From Patellaria atrata CBS 101060 (Eukaryota): a stretch of DNA of 64,000 nucleotides. The stretch lies in NCBI GenBank assembly GCA_010093705.1, contig MU006121.1, positions 1-64,000 on the forward strand, in the 5' to 3' direction. The notes under the pieces were generated by a model. The model was not told where the DNA came from. It ran no database searches and saw nothing but the letters and a program-made list of their open reading frames with translations. The translations under genes and the position numbers were made by a program. Below are positions 50,733-62,586 of the stretch, piece after piece (position 1 is the first letter of the stretch; every line of letters starts with the position of its first letter).

Positions 50733-52677
50733 GAGGTCACTCATGCTGTACATCGCAATACCTTATGGTATGATGCGGACGAATAACATCTGCATCGGGG
50801 CAAAACTTTTAGTTCCGCCATGTCATGTACCGTTCTGTACGTACCACCGGTTCCTTCTTGACTGCCCACATGTCCACATCTGAGTATCCTCAAATTCCTA
50901 AAACTGGTCAATCAAGTCACAGGGCACATTAAAAGCTTTCCTCCGTCTACAACTGTGCAGAGATAGATTAGTCTACTTTTCAATCTTTTTCACTCATTGT
51001 CTTGCCAGTCGGTTGATTACTGTTCCGCAAGGGCAGAGAAAAATGTCGTTGGGCCGTGGACGCGTCACACGGAGCAGACGTATCCTGATTTCATCTTGAT
51101 CTACAGTGGGTGCAAGATGCAATCGTACAAATCGAGCAAGTCATTTACCAATCATCGTACACCGATGTTGTGCTATAGCGGTACATTTGGAGAAATTTTC
51201 AACAAGACAAAGTCAGTGACTGGACTAGAATGATGTGCACGCAACCCTAAGCAGTAAATAGGAAGAGTGGAGATTTCCCTCGATGTGGAAGATAGCTTGA
51301 ATTGGAATTGTCGGACCGGTACTCATGTTCTTACCAGGAATATCTAAGCTGAATAGTAACTTCCTACTTATGAAGAGCATTAGTAGTTGTATTGCACGAG
51401 GAATATTCGCCATGGAAGGATCAATTTGCCTCAGACATATACGCGGCGCAAGTGAGGAAGTGTGAGGGAGTAGAGGAAATAGGGAGGTGAAAAGATAAAA
51501 GGTAAGGTAAGGTAGTAAATACGGATGGGTGAGGTGTTGCGAGGTTACCTAAATTGACCGACTACGGGCTTACGCGTCCTTGGACGTACGAGATGCAAAT
51601 TGTTGCAGTTCGCATGTCTCTTACCTGCACACACGAGTATCCAAAGGGCTTTTATGGCTGTCCTAATTTCGGAGATGGGTAACTGCTTGATTGCGAAATG
51701 GTTTTTTTTTTCTAAAAAAAAAAAAAGAGGATGTTTCCGTACTGTTGATAATAAACTTCAGCACGTTTTCCCCCTTGTAGTATCTTAAAGGGGCTCCAAG
51801 CACCCAGAACGAGTACAGGAAAATCAATTTGATCGGCCTTTTCCACGTGAATTTGGCGTAGGCATCATATTCCCTTGAGGTATTCCTTCGAGTGATTCGT
51901 CTATCCACGTGCTGAGGTGCTGTCGTACATCTCCCCGTCTTTCTCAAAGGCGCACGGAGATGGGGATTCTTACGCAAAGGGTCAGTGGCAAGTGCAAAGT
52001 CCTGACGGGACGGGAGAGACGAGAGCTGACGCAGTTGTGAACTTTTGATTTTTTTTTTTTTTCTTCTTGATTTTTGTCTTGATAACGACTTATGATAGAG
52101 GGTTGCGGAGATATTAAAAAAGTTCTTACTGTAACTTGTTCGAGACATATAAAAAAGGCAAAAAGGACGTAGAGGGTGGACGGGGACGGGATTCGCAATT
52201 GATCGGCTTGGCTTCGGCGTGATTCGTCCAAGTTGCTTGCGCGTCTCTCTTGGCTTGGCTCTTGAAAGTGAACTTACCGTACCGTAAGGTAAACCCTTTG
52301 ACCTTCCAACTCTCATCTTACACATACGCCGCTCAATCATTCTCCTCATTCTTCTTCCTCTTCTTCTTCTTTTCTTCTCCTTCAACTCTCGCACACGCAT
52401 TATTGTTTCGGACCAAGTCGTCGTGTCGTACTCGACGTAACCTGATCGCTTCCTTGTCACCTCAAGCACGGACCTAGCGCTCTGTGGCGGCGAAGGCAGG
52501 TTACAAAACCCCAAGCACGGCTGTGCAGCGAGAGAGCTGCGGTTGCCGGCTACCAGGCCTCACTTTTACTCGACAAACTCCCTCCGTTTATCTTCCAACT
52601 TCAATCCGACACTGGATACTTCCACCCTGAATCACCTCGAGTTCCGCGAGTAACGCTATCGCACTGCAGTCCGCAGG

Positions 52678-54084
52678 ATGGGCGACTTCGCTGATACCCC
52701 TCGGCGAGGGGCCGACCCTTCAATCGACCACCTGGCAAAGGACCTCACTGAACGCTTTCGCCAGCGCTTGAGCATCAGGCGCATTAATGAACTCACCTCC
52801 AAGGCATCACAATCTCGATCTGCATCACCGGCGCCGCGAGACTTTGGCACACTGATGCCTCCACAGACCACCGCACCTCCGTCGTACTCTTCTCTCCGTA
52901 ACATTCCTCTAGTACCACAGGAACCAAGGGACGCAAAGTCGCTACGCTTTAAGAACATGCTTCATTCTTTGTCCAACACGCCCTGTCGTTGGGAGAACCC
53001 CGGGTTGCTGGATGAGGCACTTCGCGTCATACCCTTAGAACAGATTTACAATGAAGCCGAAGAGGAAAGCCAGATACTCCAAGCGGAAGCAGAAAGCTTA
53101 GGCAATGGGAAAAAAGCTGCATGGGGATATCAGGACTGTGTTGTTCGCGCGCTTCTCCGATGGTTCAAGAGATCCTTCTTCTCCTGGGTGAACAACCCGG
53201 CTTGCACCCAATGTTACTCCCCAACTTTCGGTTACGGAATGGCTCCACCCACCCCGGACGAAAAGGCCAGAGGTGCGAACCAAGTCGAACTGTACAAATG
53301 CTCAGATACTTCGTGCACAAACGTCGAAAGATTCCCAAGGTACAATGATGCGTTTGTTCTCCTCCAGACAAGAAAAGGTCGATGTGGTGAATGGGCAAAC
53401 TGTTTCAGCATGCTCTGCCGTGCGGTTGGATCAAGAGTAAGATGGGTGTGGAATGCCGAAGATCATGTTTGGACCGAGGTTTATTCAGTGCATCGCAAGA
53501 AATGGATCCACGTCGATGCATGTGAGGAAGCATGGGATAAACCAAGGTTGTATGCAGAAGGTATGTTCAGCGCATCTCAATTCAGCATTTACAATGCTGT
53601 CCAACATGTGCTAATCTACCTTAATATAGGTTGGGGTAAAAAACTATCTTATTGCATAGCATTCTCAGCAGACGGTGCCATGGACGTCACTAGACGATAC
53701 GTACGGAACCCTGCGTCGCACGCCCTTCCACGCAACCGGTGCCCAGAGGCTGTTTTACTTCATATCATAGACGAAATCCGCAACCTTCGACGTGCAAATC
53801 TGTCGAAGCAAGAGAAGTTTCGTCTGAAGGGTGAGGATCTAAGAGAAGACAAGGAGCTACGGCAATACGTCCTCAACACCATTGCTACTGAGGTCTGCAA
53901 GATTAACGCGGAGGACATTCTTACTCCCGGAAGCGCTACTGCACCTAATGGCAGAGTTGATCCCGACGCCCAAAAAGCGCTTGAAGGGAGGCAAAGTGGC
54001 TCGACCGAGTGGGTGCGCGCCAGGGGAGAAGGTGGTAGAGGGTCCTCTAACCAACACAATCATCACGACCAACCGCAGCGGTGA
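52678..54084 (+). CDS. PNG1: Peptide:N-glycanase (transglutaminase-like core)
   Basis: [14 protein letters not shown], Zn-binding Cys pairs, [59 protein letters not shown]. In-frame 69-nt intron 53561-53629. Confidence 0.95.
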   Translation: MGDFADTPRRGADPSIDHLAKDLTERFRQRLSIRRINELTSKASQSRSASPAPRDFGTLMPPQTTAPPSYSSLRNIPLVPQEPRDAKSLRFKNMLHSLSNTPCRWENPGLLDEALRVIPLEQIYNEAEEESQILQAEAESLGNGKKAAWGYQDCVVRALLRWFKRSFFSWVNNPACTQCYSPTFGYGMAPPTPDEKARGANQVELYKCSDTSCTNVERFPRYNDAFVLLQTRKGRCGEWANCFSMLCRAVGSRVRWVWNAEDHVWTEVYSVHRKKWIHVDACEEAWDKPRLYAEGMFSASQFSIYNAVQHVLIYLNIGWGKKLSYCIAFSADGAMDVTRRYVRNPASHALPRNRCPEAVLLHIIDEIRNLRRANLSKQEKFRLKGEDLREDKELRQYVLNTIATEVCKINAEDILTPGSATAPNGRVDPDAQKALEGRQSGSTEWVRARGEGGRGSSNQHNHHDQPQR

Positions 54085-56329
54085 TGAGACTTAGCGTCTC
54101 TGCTTTACCCATTCTAAAATCAAAATCTACGACTGGCCATACGGTATCTTGTCGATGGATATCCCCACCATCACCACGTATCCAACCACGTTTCATGTAT
54201 GAGCGGCGGCCGTGTCCAGGTCTCGCGCTGTACGGTTCGAACCGCAAATAGTTGATCTCCCACTTCAGAGTGATGGCACGTCAGCAATTCTGCCTATCGT
54301 TACACATTGGAGCCATCATGGTATTTTCCGTTTGTTAAGCAGATCGTCGCATTGCGCTCTATCGACGTTGTGTCCTTTTTACCATACCAGGGGGTTGGCG
54401 TCACGTGATAGCATTTACATCGGCGTTCTTCTTTTGCTTTGATCTTCCTTCCGTCATTTTTTCAGTGCCTGTTTATTTCAGCGCCTGTCTTTGCTTAAGC
54501 AGAGCATTTGTTTCTTTCCTCAATCAGTTTCTTTCGTTCCATCGCTGGCCCGACGAGCCGAGCTCCTGTTTCTTTCCACAATTACTTTCCTGGGGTCGAT
54601 TTCTCCAAGATTCTAGGGAAGGTGCATGTGCATAGTCGTCCGATACGCTTTCTACAACCTTTGATGTCGATTTCAATTGTCAATGTAATTGTCAATGTGT
54701 AGATGCCGAGGAATGGTCGTGAGATGGGAAGATGACGCTGTATCTAAATGCGCATGAAGTCAATGCGACCCATGGCCAAGACGGGCTATGTGAATTAAAA
54801 AGCCAGATACCTTTAGTGAACTTGCCCTCAAAGAGCTATTGAGTTGCTAAGCTCACCTGCGCGATACAGTACCCCTCGTACAGTACAAGAAACCTAAGAT
54901 ACAAACTTTGCTCAAAGGGACAGTAACTGGGAAGCACGCAAAACGGATCCCCCTTGTCAGGCTAATGCTACTTTACCTTACTGTACACTAACGATGGAGA
55001 AAAACCTCTGACTTTGCTGTACGAACAAGCGAAAGGTTAGGGAGCAAGCCAATTGCACCAAATATTCTCATTTCGTACAGGAAGCGTACAGCAATCGAGA
55101 AATGGCAACCGAGACAGGAAATATGACAACCGAACTAGACATACGAACGAGTATCCAGGTCGGTGTATCACTACCAGGAGCTGAGATTATCGGGCATTCA
55201 TCTTGCAATCCATCAGTTTACCTCCACTTTCGTACCAATGGAACATGGATATTCCGACATGTCCAAGCCTCATCTCCATTGCACTCGCCACCGTATTGCG
55301 TGTCCCGCAGAATGAGGTGGAGATCCACCAACAATTTCCCTTTTCAGTTAGCTTAATCCCGTGCTTTCGGCTGACAAGGTGTGAGGCACGGTAGAACTAG
55401 ACAGCACGGGCTAACATTACCTTAAATCTATTCTTGGGTAACACAGTACTGTAAGTGGAGAGATTTGCTCCGTCATGTTTTCTTGGCTCCCGGCTACAAA
55501 GTAACCTAACCTAACCTGAAAGTATTGTAACTTTTGTCAGCGCACACCGTACCTTAGTCGGGTGTCGTACACTTGGCTATTCCTTTTTGGGTTTCAAGAT
55601 GTGCAAGTCCACGGTGAGAGTTCGGAAAGGATAGAACTAGTCAATTAATGTTTTGAAAGTAGGGACCGGTCAATGTATGTGGAAATATCTGTACTGTACT
55701 ATATGAGTAAGGTCGTAAGGTAGATGGAAACATGTGTTTCTTATGGAGGACATGCATCGGTGACTTCTAGAGGTATCGCTGAAGAACTCTGAGCATGGGA
55801 TAAGTTGGTTTAGGTGCGGTACCAACATAATGTTTGACTAGCAGTGCGAGTTGTTCGGTAGAGTATACAGTTGCTACTGGCAGTTACTATAACTAGGATA
55901 CGAGCACCACTGTGTAGTACAGTACAAGTCCAGAATATCAAGTCTAGATAGTGTGACAAGCCGTACTTTTGCTCAAGATACGTACTCTTCAAAAAGAAAA
56001 ACTTAGCTCATGAAGTTTGATTGATAACTCAAGGTATTCGTTCTTGGAACTTTCTTGGTGGTGGGGTCTACGAGGGTCTAAGCCCTGCACTTGTGAGCGC
56101 TCTAACCCTTCTGAGCAGCCTATCCCAGTATCCCAGGTTTCCAAAGCCCGCAGCCAGCATCAACAACCCTCAGCTCCCTCAGCCTCTCTTCTACAACTCT
56201 TTCGCCAGAGCCCACTATCCATTCCACATAAACCACTTTTCTCCTAGATCCTCGTGTTGCTGATATCTATCTCACATTTTCTCCGGCATTGGACATATAT
56301 TCGACCTCCTTTTCCCTCTTTTTTTTTTT

Positions 56330-56429
56330 NNNNNNNNNNNNNNNNNNNNNNNNNNNNNNNNNNNNNNNNNNNNNNNNNNNNNNNNNNNNNNNNNNNNNNN
56401 NNNNNNNNNNNNNNNNNNNNNNNNNNNNN
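56330..56429. other. Assembly gap (100 N) flanked by poly-T
   Basis: Exactly 100 N, a common placeholder for a gap of unknown size; T runs on both sides. Confidence 0.98.
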
Positions 56430-56539
56430 TTTTTAATTTTATCCTAAAACAATTCGTTTCACGACGCACTACTAAGCGTAGCAGCGATCCCTTCGTTTTT
56501 TCCAAACTCTGAGCGAACTCGGACGTGGGCATCGCAAAG

Positions 56540-57598
56540 ATGGGTAAATTGGGCAGATTTGCGTGTATCTTCACGCCTATGGCATTGTCCATTGCTTCAT
56601 TGCTCTGCCTCCTCCTCGTATTCCTTGGAGGTCTCAACAAGAACGACTCTAATCTTTCGTCGCTTTGGTTTTTCAGGGTATGGGATTGATAATTCTTGAC
56701 AGCATTCACGGGGATATTCTAATGATATACAGGCGGACGCATCAGATTTTTTAGCGAACCCAGACTTTGATCTAATATCTGGGACCGATATTGACGACCA
56801 TATCCTTCAAGCATTCCGCACCAGCGCGTCCTCAAATAAGCTCAAGGACTTTTACACCGTACATCTATGGAACTACTGCAGCGGCGATATAAAAGGCGAT
56901 GACTTTAAGCTCACCTATTGCTCCCCACGCCAAGCTAGTTTCTGGTTCAATCCTGAAGAGGTCTGGGGACTTAACAACACCGCCGCGGAGAGATTCTTCC
57001 CGAAGCAGCTCGACAAGGGACTTGACGTTTACAGGAAGGTCTCGAAATGGATGTTTGCAGCGTATTCGATCGCGTTCTGGGTCACAGTCGCGGAAATCGT
57101 TTTGGGTATTTTCGCCATCTTCTCGAGATGGGGTAGCTTCGTCACAACCATTGCGTCAACCGTAAGTCTGATAACGGGTTTACCAGCGTATATATGTGCG
57201 ACTCATTGCTAAATTAATCGCAGGCTTCCACAATCATGACCTTGGCTGCCTCTGCAACTAGTACAGCGCTTTACGGCTCCCTCACCGGCGCCTTCAACAC
57301 CGTTCTAAAACCTTATCACATTAAGGGTGAGCTTGGCCACAAAATGATGGTTGTGACCTGGCTTGCAGTTGCATTTTCCTTCGGTGCCGGCCTTTTTTGG
57401 CTCATCAGCACATGCTGTTGCTCAGGCAAGAGCGACAAGAAGCGTGTAAAGGTGGAGAAGACACCCTATACCTATGAGCGCGTTGCAAGTCCGTACCTAG
57501 GCCATAGAGAGCAGCACGGTGGATCGCACGAGATGCATAATATGGGCCCACAACAGACAGGAAAAGTCAGCGCTTATGAACCGTTCAGACATACTTGA
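56540..57598 (+). CDS. SUR7/PalI-family tetraspan membrane protein
   Basis: Exons 56540-56677, 56733-57161, 57224-57598. N-terminal TM segment, loop motif KDFYTVHLWNYCSG with a second Cys, three further TM segments, then CCC. Confidence 0.85.
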
Positions 57599-58591
57599 GA
57601 GGCTACGTTTTTAAGGGGTATAAGACAGCGCCAATGCTGGTACAGCGCCCATAACGAAACAGCAATTCAGGCACGACAGAAGATGTCCTGTGCATTGTAT
57701 TTTCCGAATGGAATTCTGCAGTTATGGAGGGATATTGATGTCCTATGATAATGGATCTTTTGATGCAGCGACTTGAATTGCGTGGACATTTTTGAATGTC
57801 GTAACTAAGGTATCTCCCTGAAGGAACAAGGATGATCAAGGGAGCGCAGGTTGATTTGAACGTGATGTTGTACTGATACGTAAGTTTTCAGTTGTTATAT
57901 ATACCATTTTATTGCAATTATCGAAGGGCCCATGAAATTGAATGCTTGAGCTCGGTATTGAACTCCTCACGTGTGTTTGACATTGTATCTCGTCTCATTG
58001 ATGAAAAGGTACCTTAGATCTCCCTGACATTACTTCAACCAAGCCACCTCGAGTTTCAAACCCATTTCTGGAAGGCTGAAGCTTGACACAGCCGGGGGCT
58101 GACAAAGACGTACCCAAATTAAGCTCACAGGATGCAACCCTAAAGGTAGAGGTAGGGGTTCACGCCTCTCGGCTTCAAGATGTCATAAAGTCAATAAACA
58201 CTCCATACCTCATAGATATCACCGTCGTCGCCTTTCTTACACATATTATTCCATCTGTTGTATTCCGCAACTAAAATAGAGCTCCATTCCCTTTCCGTCC
58301 ATTTGGACTCGTTGAAAAGAGGATACAAATGAACATAACCGCTCTTTGAACCTGAAACTGAGCTACATTCTCTACCAACACACTTCTCGCGTAAACGAAT
58401 ATCTCCGCAGCACCAAATCACGCGGGACACCTACTCCTAGAACTTAGGATCGCGCCCTCTGTCCCGAATCAAGACCTGGATTCAGTTCACGCATAACGAT
58501 AGTCCCGAGCGCGATACAGACATCAGCTCACAGCTCTGCCCGACCTCTCGAAAACAGTCGTCCAGAACGTTACATTAAATCGCTTAGCAGA

Positions 58592-59236
58592 ATGTTCGAA
58601 ACTGCGCACACCATCCGCTTCCGCCATCCTCTCCCTCGCAATGTCTCCCCCGCCAGCGCTATCGCCACGCTACACCATCACCAGAACCTCATCCAATCGC
58701 AAGCGCTCACCACGACTATGACAAACCTTGGACCCTCTCCCGAGCTTGTCTACGACGAAGATCCGTATTTCTCGGCGCCCAGCACAGCACCGTACGCCTC
58801 GGTCATCGAAACGTGGGAGATTAAAGAGGTGGTCACTATCATACCAGGCATTGGCGATTGGGGTAAGCGTACCCTGCTGCTCGAAGTTGTGTTTCAGGAT
58901 CTTGCGGAGAGTGTGAGGAGTAGAGCTACGGCTCCCGGAGGTGTCACGGTGTGGGCTGAATATAGAGTTGAGAAACGGGGTAGTGGTGGTGCGGAAGCGG
59001 CCCAGGGAGAGATCGAGGCATGGGATATCGCCGAGGAGGTCAAGGTTGAGTGTGGAGCGCTGGTCATGCCGTTTGTGAAGAGACAGATGGAGGGAGCGCA
59101 CAAAGATATGTGTAGGAAGTTGTGCGATATGGCTGAGAAGGGTAAGGGGAAGGGAGAGCAGCAGGACAGTCCAAATGAAGAACCGAGAGAATTGGTACAT
59201 CGGGATTCAGGCGCGGAGAAGATACGATATGGGTGA
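58592..59236 (+). CDS. Hypothetical protein, 214 aa
   Basis: Intact intronless ORF with coding-like composition (HPLPRNVS...LHHHQNLI...EEVKVECGALVMPFVKRQM...H). Function not recognised. Confidence 0.75.
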   Translation: MFETAHTIRFRHPLPRNVSPASAIATLHHHQNLIQSQALTTTMTNLGPSPELVYDEDPYFSAPSTAPYASVIETWEIKEVVTIIPGIGDWGKRTLLLEVVFQDLAESVRSRATAPGGVTVWAEYRVEKRGSGGAEAAQGEIEAWDIAEEVKVECGALVMPFVKRQMEGAHKDMCRKLCDMAEKGKGKGEQQDSPNEEPRELVHRDSGAEKIRYG

Positions 59237-60429
59237 GTGACGTTTATAACGGTGTCGCTAGGTTGTAGAGTTGATTCGGCGCAGGCAATCTTTTAGGTCT
59301 GTTCCTTCGCGGGAAATTTGTATCTTGTCAAGCGGTACTGTACAGTACATACTTGTTTACTTCTCATCGTGTAGTACCTTTCCGATACCCGTTTAGTTGG
59401 ACTGGATTTTTATATTTTATTAAATCAAAGATCCCGGAAAACTCATACACCAATCCCGATCTGATAAATACTAACGGTTATCACGTCGGTTTGTAAGGTA
59501 TTATTGTACCGTATCAAGCGGAGGGAAAGTGGTTTTAGCCTGCCAAGTTCCCCCAAGCCTCGGCGGGGCGGACGGGGAGTTAACGTTAGCCACCTCCACC
59601 TCCACCTCCACCTTCCGTAGCCATCTTAGCCCCGTAGTTCGGCTTAAGAGCTTTATCATTGCCTACAGTGGTGCAGTAATTGCACCATCTACCTCTACCA
59701 TCTTTTCTTCCTCAATCTTCAACACAAGAGCTCATCTTGTTCCACCTCGTCGGCCTTGATAGTACCTTACTGCTGTACTTGCCCGTCAACGCAATACAGG
59801 TAGCATCAGGGCCATCTGCTGACCGGACATGCTCTCCACCCTAGGTACTTGTATAGGGTACTTTGCATTGCAGTATCTGCTTGAACATGGGCTCGCAGGG
59901 CTTTTTTGACAAGGGCTCCGTTGCTGCAACCCCATTTTCGAACGGACGCTGGTGATCCCATCCCCCCCCTCCCTCTCCCGGAGCTTGGACTGGCAGTGTC
60001 ATGGTCTCAATGGAGCAGGGCGAGCACGCAATGAAGCTCGTTCTGTGTACGGGGTACAGTACTTGACACACGGTCCCTACCAGCTATTCAGGAAGGTAAG
60101 TAACGTCTACTCCATCATTATCATTATTATTTCAAATCCTTTTGTTTCTCAGAATCTTTTGTGGCACAAGCATTCTAGCCCGAGGTTATGGCAAGAAATG
60201 CTTGGTAGGGATTGCCTCATATCACCCTAGAGGATCATCATCTCTGCATGGGATTTATATTACGGCACCCCATTTGACCTAGACCCCTTTGTACAACTAC
60301 ATTTACTGCTTGCTCCCTTATTAGCTGCTCGAGCAACCTCATCCGTTATCTTCTTTTATTCTCTTCTCTCCCCCTTTCCCCGGTCATTACCCCTGGTGCC
60401 ATAGCTCGAAGAGATACTTGGCTCGTGTT

Positions 60430-62223
60430 ATGGCGGACAGTAAGGATTTGGAGTTCAAGACAGTCGCGGAGGGTGAAAGGCCTGGTAGAGATAGTGGAGA
60501 AGAACCCGTGCCAGCATATACCGATGGTGAAAGCGTGAAAGATGAACAGCTCTTCCAATACTCGGATTCCAGGAAACTGGGTGTTACGTCGGCTGTTTTT
60601 CTCATCATCAATAAGATGATAGGAACTGGGAGTATGTTGACGAGTAAAGTGCAACTCACATATATTCTCGGCTGACATTTGCGAAGTCTTCTCAACTCCC
60701 TCCGGTATCTTCGCCGCGACTGGTTCCGTTGGTGTGGCCTTATTTCTGTGGGTCATCGGTATGCAGCCTCTCCTTATGCACTCTTGATCACGCTCGGGCG
60801 ATGTTCTAATATCTCGGTTCAGGTGGAATTGTAACATTCGCCGGTCTCAGCGTTTACCTTGAGTTTGGTCTCCAGATACCGCTATCCGGGGGAGAAAAGA
60901 ATTATCTAGAGCGGGTTTACCGCCATCCCAAGTATGTTGCTACGAGTGTCTTCCTCTCCCAGATGATCCTCCTTGGCTTTTCTTCCGGAAACTCCCTTGC
61001 ATTTGGCCGTTACGTGCTCTTTGCATCCGGAAGCGACGAGCCAGATGGTTGGATAGCACGTGGCATTGCTATTGCATGCGTAACTTTTTCCGTCCTGCTC
61101 CACGGCATTTTTCCCAAATGGGGTATGAGGTTGTTCGACGTTCTGGGTGTCTTTAAAGTCATTATCTTGATTTTCATCGTCTTCTCTGGTTTTGCGGCCT
61201 TAGCTGGACATCGACGGGTGCCCAACCCGCGCAATTTCGATAACGCCTTCCGACTCGAAGAAGGTGACGGGTACGGTGGTGGAGGTGCTTATGCATATGC
61301 TACCGCGTTACTTCGTATCGTTTACAGTTACAAGGGGTGGGAAAATGCGAATTATGTCCTCGGAGAGGTCAAGGATCCACGCAAGACTCTCCGCGTCGCG
61401 GCACCCCTGGCAATCGGAGGTGTCACGATTCTCTACGTCCTTGCTAATGTAGCTTACTTCGCCGCTATCTCAAAGTCGGACCTAGCAAAATCCGAGGTTA
61501 TCGTAGCTGGACTATTCTTCCGCAATGTCTTCGGCGATAGTGCTGGTGCTAGATCGCTTCCTGCGTTTGTTGCGTTGAGTAATTTAGGAAACGTCCTCGC
61601 TGTGAGCTTTGCGCACTCTCGTGTAAACCAGGAGTTTGCCAAGGAAGGTCTCTTACCTTGGAGTCGTTTCTGGGCTTCCAACAAACCTTTTAACTCTCCT
61701 GCCCCTGCGGTAAGTGATCGATCTGTGCCCAACCGCAAATGATTTCATGCTTATGAAATTCTAGCTCTTCCTTCATTGGCTCGTCACGGTCATCGTCTTA
61801 GTAGGTCCACCAGCTGGACCAGCGTACAACTTCATTACGGATCTCTACACCTACCCAGGTGCCTGGATCAACTCCTTTGTCGCCATCGGTCTTATCTACC
61901 TTCAATACAACAAGAAAGAGAACTGGACCTCTCCATTCCACAGTTATCTTCCGGTTACAGTACTCTATTTTCTGCTCAACGTATTCTTGGCCATTGTGCC
62001 CTTCATAAAACCTGATGGTGGTTCTAACGTCGAGGGCTATCCGTACTACGTCTTTCCCGTCGTCGGCGTTGGCGTTTTACTCCTCGGTGTCGTGTACTGG
62101 GCAGTCTGGACCAAAGTCCTACCCAGAATTGGAGGCTATAGGATTGTGGGAGAGAGGAAGATTTTGGAAGATGGTGCTGAGGTGGTTAGGTATCGGAAGG
62201 TGCCAGTGAAGAAGAATTTATAG
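60430..62223 (+). CDS. MUP1: APC-superfamily amino acid permease, high-affinity methionine permease-like
   Basis: Exons 60430-60631, 60687-60758, 60823-61709, 61765-62223. NKMIGTGIFSTPSGIF, YLEFGLQIPLSGGEKNYLE, YSYKGWENANYV, multiple TM segments. Substrate is inferred from similarity only. Confidence 0.85.
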
Positions 62224-62586
62224 TCTGATATTCTACATCATAGGTAGTCTTGAGCGGTACTGTGAACTAAAACAACTATAAGCTACCAAATCTGAACAAG
62301 TGGAATATTCCGAGTGAAAATGTAGTCTATGCGTATTTGAAATTATCTGGTTGCCACTACCGTAAAAAGGATCTGGATTGGTCGGTCACCGGAGTGCCCA
62401 CCTTGCTCTTACCGACCAACCGATAGATTGTGACGACTAGGATATCTCTATGAACTCGTCATATGTCATGTAGCACGACATACAGCAGAAACTCTGCGAA
62501 GGTATTCCTCTGGGCGAAATCCATAGATGCGTACTGGAAGAATGAATCTAGCTTGTCCTGCGGTTCAGCTCCACAATAGAAAGAGG

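Noticed and set aside
51241..51250. CAACCCTAA as a telomerase RNA template
   Set aside because: Imperfect match to a TAACCCTAA-type template, no supporting structure, and expected by chance.
51663..52514. 283-aa Arg/Lys-rich minus-strand ORF
   Set aside because: Antisense reading of the pyrimidine-rich PNG1 promoter/leader and homopolymer tracts; non-ATG start.
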